DNA of 63,917 bases, the filler included, from Trichomonas gallinae (taxonomy: Eukaryota): assembly GCA_008369845.1 (NCBI GenBank). It is 5 parts of 5 records of this genome, joined end to end, with 100 filler letters (N's around TTAATTAATTAA, not from the genome) between each part and the next. Parts side by side here need not be neighbours in the genome. Positions count along the whole stretch, not along the records: positions 1 to 11,444 come from MRSU01001504.1; 4 more parts are not named here. One strand, given 5' to 3'. Shown in pieces: positions 1 through 9,817 of the stretch; the first letter of the stretch is position 1, and every line of letters begins with the position of its first letter. Under the pieces are notes generated by a model. It saw only the letters and a list, made by a program, of their open reading frames with translations, was not told where the DNA came from and did not search any database. The position numbers and the translations under genes were made by a program.

Positions 1-464
1 TCGAGATCAGCAACAACCTTGCCATACTTCCAGCCCATTGTTGTGGAGAGCTTGCCAAGCTTTGTTGTTGGGCGATCTGTATGGATTGAAACGCAGCGGA
101 GAGCGTGTGGAACAACTACGCGCTTGAAGTTGACGTACTTAGCTGGAACACCCTCGAAGCACTTAAGGTTGCCGAAAGCCTCAGCACCACGGTGGGTCTT
201 GTATGGGAGCATTCCGCGGACAGCACGAGCGAAGATCTCGTGTGGAGCACGCTGGTGGAATGGACCGTCACGTGGGTTTGAGTTTGTTGTCTTGTTGAGG
301 AAGCGTTCGTACTCGTGGACGACGAATTTGTGCTGGCCGTTGAGCTCGATCTCTTCGCAGCGAACAACGACGACTTTACGGCCCTTGAGGAGTTGCTTGG
401 CAACGGCAGCGGCAAGGCGACCCTGGATGTGGCCCTTTGCATCGATAACAACCGGAGCAGACAT
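1..464 (-). CDS. RPL13A: 60S ribosomal protein L13a (uL13), 3' end outside window
   Basis: Manual translation from ATG at 464, a frame absent from the ORF track: MSAPVVIDAKGHIQGRLAAAVAKQLLKGRKVVVVRCEEI...NPRDGPFHQRAPHEIFARAVRGMLPYKTHRGAEA...FEGVP. Open to the window edge, with strong C-ending codon bias. Confidence 0.97.
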   Translation of the reverse strand, partial: MSAPVVIDAKGHIQGRLAAAVAKQLLKGRKVVVVRCEEIELNGQHKFVVHEYERFLNKTTNSNPRDGPFHQRAPHEIFARAVRGMLPYKTHRGAEAFGNLKCFEGVPAKYVNFKRVVVPHALRCVSIHTDRPTTKLGKLSTTMGWKYGKVVADL

Positions 465-467
465 TCG

Positions 468-478
468 AAAGGAAGGGC
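468..478 (-). promoter_or_regulatory. M5-type (CCTTT) pyrimidine initiator of RPL13A
   Basis: Minus strand reads GCCCTTCCTTT-CGA-ATG. CCTTT is the alternative initiator described for Trichomonas vaginalis ribosomal protein genes. Confidence 0.7.
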
Positions 479-1098
479 CAATAGTCAATTTTTCTATCGT
501 CTTAATTTTTTGTTTTATTACATTTTTGGGATTGCTATATAATGTTATTTATAAATTTTGTCTTTTTATCCCTCTTTTATTGTAGCTCATTTTATGTCAA
601 AAATTTACCAATTTGTCAATGTAAATTGATTTTACATGACAGATTTTGTTGAAGCATTAGATATGAATGATACCTTACTTAATGGTGTAGTCCTTATTAT
701 GATGCTTAACTCCTAAATATATTTATATTCAGCATTTTTGATTATAAGTTGTTATCAACATTGATTTTATTATTTTATTATTATACTAGTTATGAGTGAT
801 ATCCTGCATAATTGTGAAGATTACACGATGAAATTCTACCCCTAAATATACATTACTTGGCAAATTTCTTTTTGATTATTAAATCTCTTTTCCTAAACTT
901 AATATTAATTCCCAATAAGGATGTTTTGATCTATCATTCATTAAGTTGAGGTTCTAGAACGCCTGTTAGTGATATATTAGTTGCAAAGGTTAATTTCCGG
1001 GTTTTATAGCTGTATATTAGAAAAATATGTCGAGATCTATATTGGATATATGACCAAATGTCTCTAAATTTGGTTAAATATTTTATTTAATTTTCACG

Positions 1099-3012
1099 TT
1101 AGTTTTGCATGAGTTGAACGATGGAGTTGTATATTTCGTCTTTTCCATGCAATTCTGCGTATTTTTGACACAATTTCGTGATCCATGAAAAATCTGAACC
1201 TGATTGGCGCATTTCCATGATAATATTGTCAATTGATTCACCAATTTGCAATCTATATTTGGCATAAAAGATAATAAATATGTAAATAGCGCCATTATAT
1301 AGAACAGAACTCTGATTAAAAACTGTATCAATTTGTTCTAATGTGCTGTTGTCTGCTACTGCATTCATTTGGTCTAGTGGAATTAGGTCCGGCTGTGTTA
1401 CATCAATAACTTCAAAAATATCAAACATATCGTCGGCATTCGATAATTCTTCGATTTCTTGTTCTTCTGCTGTGAAAACATCCTTAATTAGCTCGACAAT
1501 GAAAGTATAAATCGTTTCCAATTGTTCTTCTCCGATGAAATCTTTTTCAATATATCCAAAAATGCTTTCTAATGAATACATAAGCAATGATTTGTTCGAT
1601 ATTATCAGTTCAATGAGATTTAGTAATAGTTCAGGCTCGAAAACACAAATATTAAATGAATTGCATTTTTCAATCACGTAAAACAAAGTTCTAATCATTA
1701 ATTCTTCTGTATTCTCGCTGAAATATGCAACTAGCAGCTCATGAATCTTGTTTGATAGTGTTTCTTGATCTAAAACTAAAAACTCTGCTAAAAACATCAA
1801 AAACGTCGACAATTGAACTGTTGATGTTGGTTCTGTATCCATTACATAGTTTACAAACGGTTCGAGGAACTCTACATTTCCAATTACTTTGTTTTTGATT
1901 AGAATTAAGATATATAATGAATTATCAAGTAATTCTTGATTTTCTGTAATGCTATCTGACGTTAACCATGTTGCAAACAGATCTATATTATAATTCGCTA
2001 AATAGTAGCAAACTTTACCTGCATAATGACGAATTAAATCAGAATTATCTAAAACATGTATATTATCCCAAAGATCTTCGAACGAATCTGTAGAAATGCT
2101 GCATAATCCTAACACGGATGGTATTATTTGATAAAACTCTTCATTGAACTCAATCAAATCCAATTCTAAACAGTTTGAAAGGAATTTCATTGACTTTGTT
2201 GATATAATAAGTTCCACTTTGGTTAGTACTATGCTTGATATTGATTCCTTCAGCTCAACACAATTTCTTAGCATTGATGAAAGATAATCAAGAATTAAAG
2301 GAGAAAGTTCAGGATTTTCTGGCGAGATTCCATTAAATATGAATTGTATGCACCCAGAATTTATTATAAATAGCTTAAATAAACCGAAATGTTTCGAAAT
2401 TAACAAAATTAATTTTTCATATATTAATTTTGAGCAAAGAGGTGACTGAAAAGTTTTCAAAACAAAATCAAATGAAGCTGTTCTGGATTCTGTGTATTGA
2501 TCTGTTAAACTACTATGTTTATGAAAATCAAATGCGCTAAAATATAAATTAAACATTTCTATGAAATATAGAATTGTTTGTTCCGTATATGAAGTTGTGG
2601 ACTGGAAATTTTGTGATAATTTCTCATATAAACATGTGATTGTAAAATTATTTGTTGAAAAAGTCGAAATTAAGGATGGTTGTAATTGCAAATAGTCTGA
2701 TCTGGTGTAAAATTGTTGATTATCGAGATATTTTAGGAAAATATTGATTATTTGAATTGCACTAGGAAAATCATCAAGATCAAACATTGATAAGTACCAA
2801 AACCATCTTGATATAGATCTATAAACGAATCCTGACCACAAAATGGCCCTTGAATCGTTTAAAATTGTATTCAAAATATTTTGTATATGAGATGCATTAG
2901 AACACACATTATAAATGAGTTCATTCGCTCTATTTCTCTCTTCCTCATTCTCACTTGAAAGACTGACGAAAAGATTCTGCACATAATCAACTAAAGATGT
3001 TTCTTCTGACAT
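1099..3012 (-). CDS. Hypothetical ARM/HEAT-repeat protein, possibly a divergent karyopherin-beta
   Basis: Long acidic, Leu/Ile-rich helical ORF. Likely start MSEETSLV at 3012, directly after a TCATA initiator. The N-terminal EEERNRANELI and internal LIRHYAGKVCYYLA are only loosely importin-beta-like. Confidence 0.7.
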   Translation of the reverse strand: MSEETSLVDYVQNLFVSLSSENEEERNRANELIYNVCSNASHIQNILNTILNDSRAILWSGFVYRSISRWFWYLSMFDLDDFPSAIQIINIFLKYLDNQQFYTRSDYLQLQPSLISTFSTNNFTITCLYEKLSQNFQSTTSYTEQTILYFIEMFNLYFSAFDFHKHSSLTDQYTESRTASFDFVLKTFQSPLCSKLIYEKLILLISKHFGLFKLFIINSGCIQFIFNGISPENPELSPLILDYLSSMLRNCVELKESISSIVLTKVELIISTKSMKFLSNCLELDLIEFNEEFYQIIPSVLGLCSISTDSFEDLWDNIHVLDNSDLIRHYAGKVCYYLANYNIDLFATWLTSDSITENQELLDNSLYILILIKNKVIGNVEFLEPFVNYVMDTEPTSTVQLSTFLMFLAEFLVLDQETLSNKIHELLVAYFSENTEELMIRTLFYVIEKCNSFNICVFEPELLLNLIELIISNKSLLMYSLESIFGYIEKDFIGEEQLETIYTFIVELIKDVFTAEEQEIEELSNADDMFDIFEVIDVTQPDLIPLDQMNAVADNSTLEQIDTVFNQSSVLYNGAIYIFIIFYAKYRLQIGESIDNIIMEMRQSGSDFSWITKLCQKYAELHGKDEIYNSIVQLMQN

Positions 3013-3069
3013 TATGACAAAATTTGTTGTAAATTGTCGGATATTAATGTAAAATGTCAGAAAATATTC

Positions 3070-3450
3070 CAAAAATGATTTTTTAATGAGTAAAATTAAA
3101 AATACATATATAGTTAATCATAAATATAAAATAAAAAATATAAATCATAAAATATATCAACCAAAAAATAATTTTTAGTCGATTTCACGACAAAATATAT
3201 TATAACCACATTAATAGCTGTGTAAAAATCGAGTTTTGAAAAGAAAGAAAAAATTAATTCAAAAATTGGACCAAAATGAATTTTAATAAGTAAAATTAAA
3301 AATATTAATAAAGATAATTATAAATATAAAATAAAAAATATAAATCATAAAATATATCAACCAAAAAATAATTTTTGGTCGATTTCAGGACAAAATACAT
3401 AATAACCACATTAATAGCTGTATAAAAATCGAGTTTTGGAGAGAAAAAAA
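3070..3450. repeat. Tandem direct repeat, two copies, period 200 nt
   Basis: 3081-3250 aligns to 3281-3450, including an identical core TAAATATAAAATAAAAAATATAAATCATAAAATATATCAACCAAAAAATAATTTTT. Confidence 0.92.
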
Positions 3451-3455
3451 AGATC

Positions 3456-3463
3456 AACGGTTT
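3456..3463 (+). promoter_or_regulatory. M3-like Myb-recognition core promoter element
   Basis: AACGGTTT ends about 18 nt upstream of the EFHC1 ATG and resembles the T. vaginalis M3 motif. Confidence 0.55.
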
Positions 3464-3481
3464 CGTGTACGTTATTCGTCA

Positions 3482-5197
3482 ATGCTTCCTAATCTTCCTG
3501 GTTACTCATTCAGGAATCATAGAAAGACAGACTTCAGGCGTCCACAGACCTTCCAGGTCACGGCGGGTCTGATGGGCACCAAAGCGCCGAGGCCTGAAGA
3601 CATGGAAAAGACAATCACAGAAAGAACTTTAAACATAACGACAACAGCACCACCAACACAGCCAAGCGAGACATTCCCAGACTATGTGCCAGCTCACGTT
3701 GCTTATGAGCATCTTGTTCTCAGATTTTACGCATATTTCCGCGAAAATATATCAGAATCGGCAGAAGAAACATACAGAGTTCGCTACGTTAAAATCATGG
3801 TCTACCTCGAGGATGACACTGTCATGATCGAAGAAAATCACGTTCGTAACAGTGGAATCGCTCAAGGAGTCTTATTACGCAGAATGCCCGTCTTAAATCC
3901 TCTTTACCAGGACCAAGGCGTCACATATACAAATCTCGACTTCAAGGTCGGCATAAACATAGAAATTTTCGGCATTGTATATAGAATTTACGCATGCGAT
4001 CAATTCACAGAGCAATACCTTCAATCCGAGGGCCGCGAGATCGGCGAGTTCGAGACACCTCCAGATGACTTGTACACAATCAAACGCACGCTCACAGAGC
4101 GCCCAATTCGTGTTTCTCATGTACAGGTCGATAAGACAAACCTCAAGAGATTCCTCGAGTTCGATCAGAAAGTTCTCCGCTTCTACACTATCTGGGACGA
4201 CAGAAAGTCGCTATTCGGCGAACGCAGAAAATTCGTGCTCAATTATTTCCTCGTCGACGGACGAATCGAAATCCGCCAGGTTCTCCCGCAGAATTCCGGC
4301 CGCGATCCGGTCTCAAACTTCTTAAGAAAGACAATTCTCACGAATCCAAGAACTGGCCAGCCATATTCAGACGCAGATCTCATGATTGGCGAAACAGTCA
4401 ACGCCTTCAACCGCAACTTCTTCATCTACGACGCAGACAAGTTCACCCGCGAATGGCTCGACGCGAAATACGGAATTCACGACTGGACACCAATCAACGT
4501 CGAAGAGAAGGCCAAATACAGCGGCATCAAGCATGATGTTCCTCCATACAACGGATGGGGCGACGAAGAAGACTCTCTCGGCTATTGCAATTCTCTTCAT
4601 CCGAAACCACCACGCAAAGACATCAAGAAACTCATCGAGAAGGATGGACAGCTTCTCAGATTCGCTGCCCACTTCAAGAATCCGCAATTCCAGGACAAGA
4701 ATCGCAAATTCGTTATCTCATATTACCTTGCGGACGACACTGTCGGCATTTTCGAGGCCCCACAGAGGAACTCGGGCTTCGGCGAGGGCAAATTCCTCCA
4801 GAGAACAAGGATAAAGAACCCAGAAACAGGAAAATACTACACAGCACAAGATTTCGAGCTAGGAAAGGAAGTAACAATCAACAAGTACACATTCATACTC
4901 GAGGAGGCAGACGAATTCGCCCTCAACTATATGGAGGCCGGAGCAGAAGAATTCCCACAATCAGATCTTTTCGGCATCGTAACAACAATGAAACAGACGC
5001 AGTCCCTCAATTTGCAGGATTTGAGGAACCAGTTCGAAATGAAGGACCCAGAGCTCAATGGCTACGTCCCAGAGAAGGATGCAAAGGAGGTTTTGCAAAA
5101 AGCTGGTTTGAACGAGCACCAAGTTGTGACAATCCTCAGGAGATGGACCGAGAACAAGCAGTTCGACTACTTCGGATTCTCGACTGCACTCAATTGA
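3482..5197 (+). CDS. EFHC1: EFHC1/Rib72-like axonemal protein (three DM10 domains plus EF-hand)
   Basis: N-terminal LPNLPGYSF...F.R.QT; DM10 starts VLRFYAYF, VLRFYTIW and LLRFAAHF; PPYNGWGDEEDSL; RNSG motifs; EF-hand-like DPELNGYV at the C-terminus. Confidence 0.95.
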   Translation: MLPNLPGYSFRNHRKTDFRRPQTFQVTAGLMGTKAPRPEDMEKTITERTLNITTTAPPTQPSETFPDYVPAHVAYEHLVLRFYAYFRENISESAEETYRVRYVKIMVYLEDDTVMIEENHVRNSGIAQGVLLRRMPVLNPLYQDQGVTYTNLDFKVGINIEIFGIVYRIYACDQFTEQYLQSEGREIGEFETPPDDLYTIKRTLTERPIRVSHVQVDKTNLKRFLEFDQKVLRFYTIWDDRKSLFGERRKFVLNYFLVDGRIEIRQVLPQNSGRDPVSNFLRKTILTNPRTGQPYSDADLMIGETVNAFNRNFFIYDADKFTREWLDAKYGIHDWTPINVEEKAKYSGIKHDVPPYNGWGDEEDSLGYCNSLHPKPPRKDIKKLIEKDGQLLRFAAHFKNPQFQDKNRKFVISYYLADDTVGIFEAPQRNSGFGEGKFLQRTRIKNPETGKYYTAQDFELGKEVTINKYTFILEEADEFALNYMEAGAEEFPQSDLFGIVTTMKQTQSLNLQDLRNQFEMKDPELNGYVPEKDAKEVLQKAGLNEHQVVTILRRWTENKQFDYFGFSTALN

Positions 5198-5424
5198 TTT
5201 TCTTCTTATTTTTCGTGCTTTTTTTGAAATAAATTTGAAATTTATGTAAAATTTATTAAATATTAACATTTCTTCACATTATTTAACTTCCTAACCAGCA
5301 ACTCTCAATTAATATTGCATATAAAAAACCATAATCCTAAACATAATTAAATTTTTTCTTATATTTTCGTGCAAACTTCATAACTAACAATGAAAATAAA
5401 GCATTGTATATATTTACTACAGAT

Positions 5425-5512
5425 ACTGTGAGAATGAGTTTGACAACATCATTATTATCTTTATGTGAAGCAAAAATCAAAACTTTTCTGTTTTATAGTA
5501 TGATGCTATTGT
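5425..5512 (+). repeat. Dispersed repeat copy, also at 57570-57822
   Basis: ACTGTGAGAATGAGTTTGACAAC is identical at 5425-5447 and 57625-57647, and similarity continues through GAAGC..AATCAAA. Confidence 0.75.
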
Positions 5513-5710
5513 ATTTCATTCAGCAAGCAAATATGCAGGAAAGATGCATAGCTTATATAGATAAATAAAAACATATTTATGGAAATGTTTCATTGATATA
5601 TAATGCATCAGTTTTATCTAATCTACATGATAATATTACTGTTGAAAAAATGAAAGCCAAAATGAAGCATTGTATTCCCATTGTATAAAAAAATCTCCGA
5701 ATAATTAATA

Positions 5711-5920
5711 AAATTGATGGTTTTTAATGATGTTTTTATATTTAACTCATTATGAATATAGAATAATCAGCTCCAAAATGTGACATTGTCGTAAAAAAAA
5801 AAATCTTTCATTAATTTTAAAAATTGATAGCTTTTAATGATTCTATTATATTTGACTCATTATATGAATAAATTAATCGATCTCAAAATGTTACATTGTC
5901 GATAATTAAAAAATTCTTTC
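5711..5920. repeat. Degenerate tandem repeat, two copies, period about 110 nt
   Basis: AAATTGAT.G.TTTTAATGAT...ACTCATTAT...CAAAATGT.ACATTGTCG at 5711 and 5821. Confidence 0.8.
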
Positions 5921-6299
5921 TGAAATTTCTTCAGAATTGAGACTTGATTGCGCGGGGAAATGATTTGTTATGTGTTTCTAAATCTGAAACGAAAAAAAGT
6001 TTGCCGAATTTTTTTTACATTTTTCAGTGCTCAAAAAATTGAGAAAGCTCAATGAAAAATTAAAAAACGAGTTTTTCTCCAATGACATGATCGTTAACTA
6101 AATCATTTCGAATTTTGGCTTGAAATATGAGTAATACACACGAAATGTATGCATTTCCACAAGATAGATGAACTGAGTTGTAAGGCAATTTTTTTGCATA
6201 ACCAAGAGAATCGACCGTAGAATCAAAAGGATATAGTAAAATAAGTATTTAATAATCAAACAAACAACGAGTAGAATAAGTAATAAATAGCAAGTCAGA

Positions 6300-6554
6300 C
6301 TAATTTGTTCCCCAATATTGGTTATCATAACCCTGATTGTTCCATTTCGCGTAAATTTTTTGGATACGTGGTGGGTACTGAATGTTCCAGCCTGCGTTCT
6401 CCTCCATTACTGGTACTTCATGAACCACATATTGAACATTTTGTGGCATCGAAAGCTTGGCAATACGATTAGGCTTCCTTTGCTTCTGTTCAAGAAGGCT
6501 GTAGATGTTGGGTTTAAGCAGTTGTCCGTGTATGTCTGTTGGAATTACAAACAT
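6300..6554 (-). CDS. Small hypothetical protein (about 84 aa)
   Basis: GC-elevated island with an ORF MFVIPTDIHGQ...QYWGTN after an A-rich leader. No recognisable domain. Confidence 0.4.
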   Translation of the reverse strand: MFVIPTDIHGQLLKPNIYSLLEQKQRKPNRIAKLSMPQNVQYVVHEVPVMEENAGWNIQYPPRIQKIYAKWNNQGYDNQYWGTN

Positions 6555-6745
6555 TTTAATGCTAAAATCATCTCCTCTCAAATATTTGAGGGCTTCTAAA
6601 ATCCACGAAAAACAGACCATCGTTTTCAATTTTTATATGAGATTTGGTCGTGCACGATCGACCATGGACATTGACACAATGAACTCGCACACATCCACAT
6701 GACTCAATTATGTACTGAAATTTCTATGACGGATACAACACTAGC

Positions 6746-7139
6746 AAGGGATATACACCAACTCAAAATTTTCTATTAAAATTGTCCCCTTAGATTTAAT
6801 TCAATACAAAACAGGGAGTTCGACCGAGATATCCCCTTAAATTAGTTTATTTTTTGTGTAATGAGATTCGTTTGTAATAGGATGACATTCATTTTTGTAG
6901 TTATAACAAGTCTATTGTCATTGCTACTTTTATATGTAATGGTTCATACAACACGCTTGTGCTGTCTTTATCAAATTTAATTCTAGATATTTAGAAAGGG
7001 ATATACACCAATTCAAATTTTCTATTAAAATTGTGCCCTTAAATTTATCGATTCAGTATAAATTAGGGGTTACAGATTTAGTACCCCCTTTAATTTATAA
7101 ATTCAATATTAATTAGGGGTTGGTTAGTAATATCCCTTT
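6746..7139. repeat. Two related short elements with terminal inverted repeats (MITE-like)
   Basis: Copy A 6746-6838 is AAGGGATAT...ATATCCCCTT. Copy B 6995-7139 is AAAGGGATAT...ATATCCCTTT. Their first about 45 nt are nearly identical. Confidence 0.55.
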
Positions 7140-7270
7140 TAATTTATTACTTACGTTTATTTTGTTGTATAATTGTAATTGCTACAGTTATATATAATGT
7201 GTTATACTGAGTAGTTCATAAAAATACAAACAGACAATTTACAAACAAAATAAAAAAAAATATATTAAAT

Positions 7271-8746
7271 TTAAGCAGTCAATGATATGACTACTAATAT
7301 AATTAGAATAGAGATTGCAATGTAGAATATAGGGGCCGAAAATCCAATGTTATTATGGTAAAGAGAATCATATCTGCTATTAAAAAATGGATCGATGGTT
7401 TTGTAGTTGTACTCAGAATTTGTCTCGTTAAATGATCTTTTTAGAGCCAAATTCTTTGATTGTTCAAGTGTTAAATGCCTTTTAGGTTTTCTTATCAATA
7501 AATTGTAATCAGGACTGAGCTCAAGGATTTCTAGTTCATCTATGAATGTTTGATCATATGATCCGTTAACAATTGGGAAAGAATTTGTGATTTCATGGAA
7601 ATCTTGATTATTCATTACAAGAGTTGACACATACTTATCTATGATGATCCTGTAGCACTCATAGGATCTTAGTTTCGTTAACAAATCGATTATAATATTT
7701 CTTCTCGTGAAATGAACTTGTTTCTTTGAAGTAATAGCGAGCCATTGGAAAGCTCTGCGGATATATATTTTAATATACTTCTTCGATGCATTATCCGTAT
7801 ATAAATTACATCTAAATAGATATTCCATAGAAATCTTACTCCAAAGTGGCTTCGTTGATATAGTATATAATAAGAACCTTATTATATCATTGTGGGACTC
7901 TAAACTCGTCAATGCGTAATCAAATATGATAAAAACTCTTTGTGATAGAGGATTATCAAGTCTAAGTATTAATTTTAGATACTCAACTATTGTAAAGTTG
8001 TGTACTACATTGCTTTTGACTAAATGAACAGCTAAATCAAATAATGGATGAGATGGACAAAATGTCAAGGTAAATTCTATTGTAAGTTTAGTGAATAACT
8101 CTTCTATCATCATTGGTAAAACATTTGCATAAAAATACACGAATTCTCGAAAAACAATAAAAAGATCAGGTCTTGGAGTTCTTAGTTTGTATAAAAAGTA
8201 CTGCATAGTTCTAAAACAGTAATTTTGAAACTTGCAATCATGATTTGTATACTTTTCAAGCAGACAAATAACGATTTGCAAGCACGCGATATGAAAATCT
8301 GAGCCAAAATATCTGGATCCATCTAAAAATGGAAACATTTTGGCCAGCATGTATTCAATGCATTCAAGTTCAAGTACAATTTTCTCTGATTTAAGAATAT
8401 CGCGAATTAAAAAAGAAATTGTTGTCGGATCTGTATTTGTATCATATATAGTCTGGAGATCGTTGATGGTAAAGATTTTCTGTTTGACAATGTTCTGTTT
8501 TGTATTTGAAATTTGATAAGGCAAATATTCGCTTTGATCAGCATTGCTGTTGAAATTCAGTATTGCATCAGATTGTATTTCATCGAATATTTCTTCATTG
8601 TCACTTACGGCGAATTCATCTTGTTGAAATTTAATTATTGGCGAAAAAATATCAGAATATTCAGTATTCACCGGGTTGTTTGGGATTATTTCATCTGTGT
8701 CGGCTGGAATATTCGATTTAAAACGAGCATCACGAGAAAAGGACAT
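7271..8746 (-). CDS. Hypothetical helical protein with C-terminal transmembrane anchor
   Basis: 491-aa ORF ending IFYIAISILIILVVISLTA. No recognisable domain. Confidence 0.8.
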   Translation of the reverse strand: MSFSRDARFKSNIPADTDEIIPNNPVNTEYSDIFSPIIKFQQDEFAVSDNEEIFDEIQSDAILNFNSNADQSEYLPYQISNTKQNIVKQKIFTINDLQTIYDTNTDPTTISFLIRDILKSEKIVLELECIEYMLAKMFPFLDGSRYFGSDFHIACLQIVICLLEKYTNHDCKFQNYCFRTMQYFLYKLRTPRPDLFIVFREFVYFYANVLPMMIEELFTKLTIEFTLTFCPSHPLFDLAVHLVKSNVVHNFTIVEYLKLILRLDNPLSQRVFIIFDYALTSLESHNDIIRFLLYTISTKPLWSKISMEYLFRCNLYTDNASKKYIKIYIRRAFQWLAITSKKQVHFTRRNIIIDLLTKLRSYECYRIIIDKYVSTLVMNNQDFHEITNSFPIVNGSYDQTFIDELEILELSPDYNLLIRKPKRHLTLEQSKNLALKRSFNETNSEYNYKTIDPFFNSRYDSLYHNNIGFSAPIFYIAISILIILVVISLTA

Positions 8747-9817
8747 TTTTGAGTTTTAACAAAAAATTCTGTGAGTAGATTGATTTTCAATTTTTGAAGT
8801 AAAATTATTTAAAAACGGATATAGTCTGTAAGCGTAAGGTATTAACCATTAATTTTTGATTGGCACTTTTCTGGAATTTTTTTTCTCATATTGTCATTAT
8901 CACTTATATTATAATTTTGATCAATTTTTAAAATTGAAGTATTACGGGCGCGAATGTTCTAATCGGAAAAGTGACATGTATATTTTTCTTGAAAAGTGAC
9001 ATAATTTTTCTTGTTAAAAAATCGTAACAACATGGATGACAAATAATCAATTTTATTGATGATAATTCGATAAATGAAATTACGTTATTTACATATTGCA
9101 TTCGCTATCCTTTTCGTTCGCCAAAATTAATCAAATTTTCAAACCAGAATCCTATTGCAGCAGTTTCAAGAGATTTTGCATATTTATCCTCTATATGAAG
9201 TTTCATTATCTTTTTAAAATGTATTCTGCTGTCTTTATATTTTTTATTCATTTAAAGAATTCAGTAATTCTTCGATAACAAATGCCATGTGATATCAGTT
9301 CCCATATAAGTATCAAAAAATTTAATCAGGGCGTTGATTGGATAATTGTTCGCTGCGGATTCTTCAAAATTGAAAGGATGTCAATGAAATGAAATTCATA
9401 TATTTTTAAAACTAAGACAAACTAAAGCATAAAACTATTTAATTTGTTTTGAAATGAACAGCACGATTTTATATAATTCAATAATTGTTTGCAGGAGACT
9501 TATAATAAATACAATTCACCTCATGAAATGAATAATGATTTAATATTTTGAAATTTAATTTTCGTAAACTTATCAAATTATTCTTTCAAATTTTCAAAAT
9601 GAAAACGTTTAATTTCAGCGAACAATTAAAAATATAAATACAAAACTAAGCCAAATAATTATCTAAAACATAATCATGCATAAGAAAATCGATTAATCAT
9701 GTTCTGCCGACAACTGATCCCTGCTTTGTAATAATATATTGGGAATTATAAAACAACAGGAAATATGATGATTTATATTTTTCTGTTTTGTTTTCAAAAA
9801 AAAATATCATTTTTTAT

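Noticed and set aside
19..585. ORFs 19-585 (+), 116-481 (-) and 315-542 (+)
   Set aside because: Shadow frames of the real RPL13A gene.
3893..5269. Numerous overlapping ORFs inside EFHC1, and likewise inside the SAC, CCT6, LARP1 and TPR genes
   Set aside because: Expected by-products of GC3-rich codon bias; no domain signatures or initiator context.
6645..6664. GC-rich palindrome TGGTCGTGCACGATCGACCA as a Helitron end or terminator
   Set aside because: Single occurrence, with no CTRR terminus or T-tract at the expected distance.
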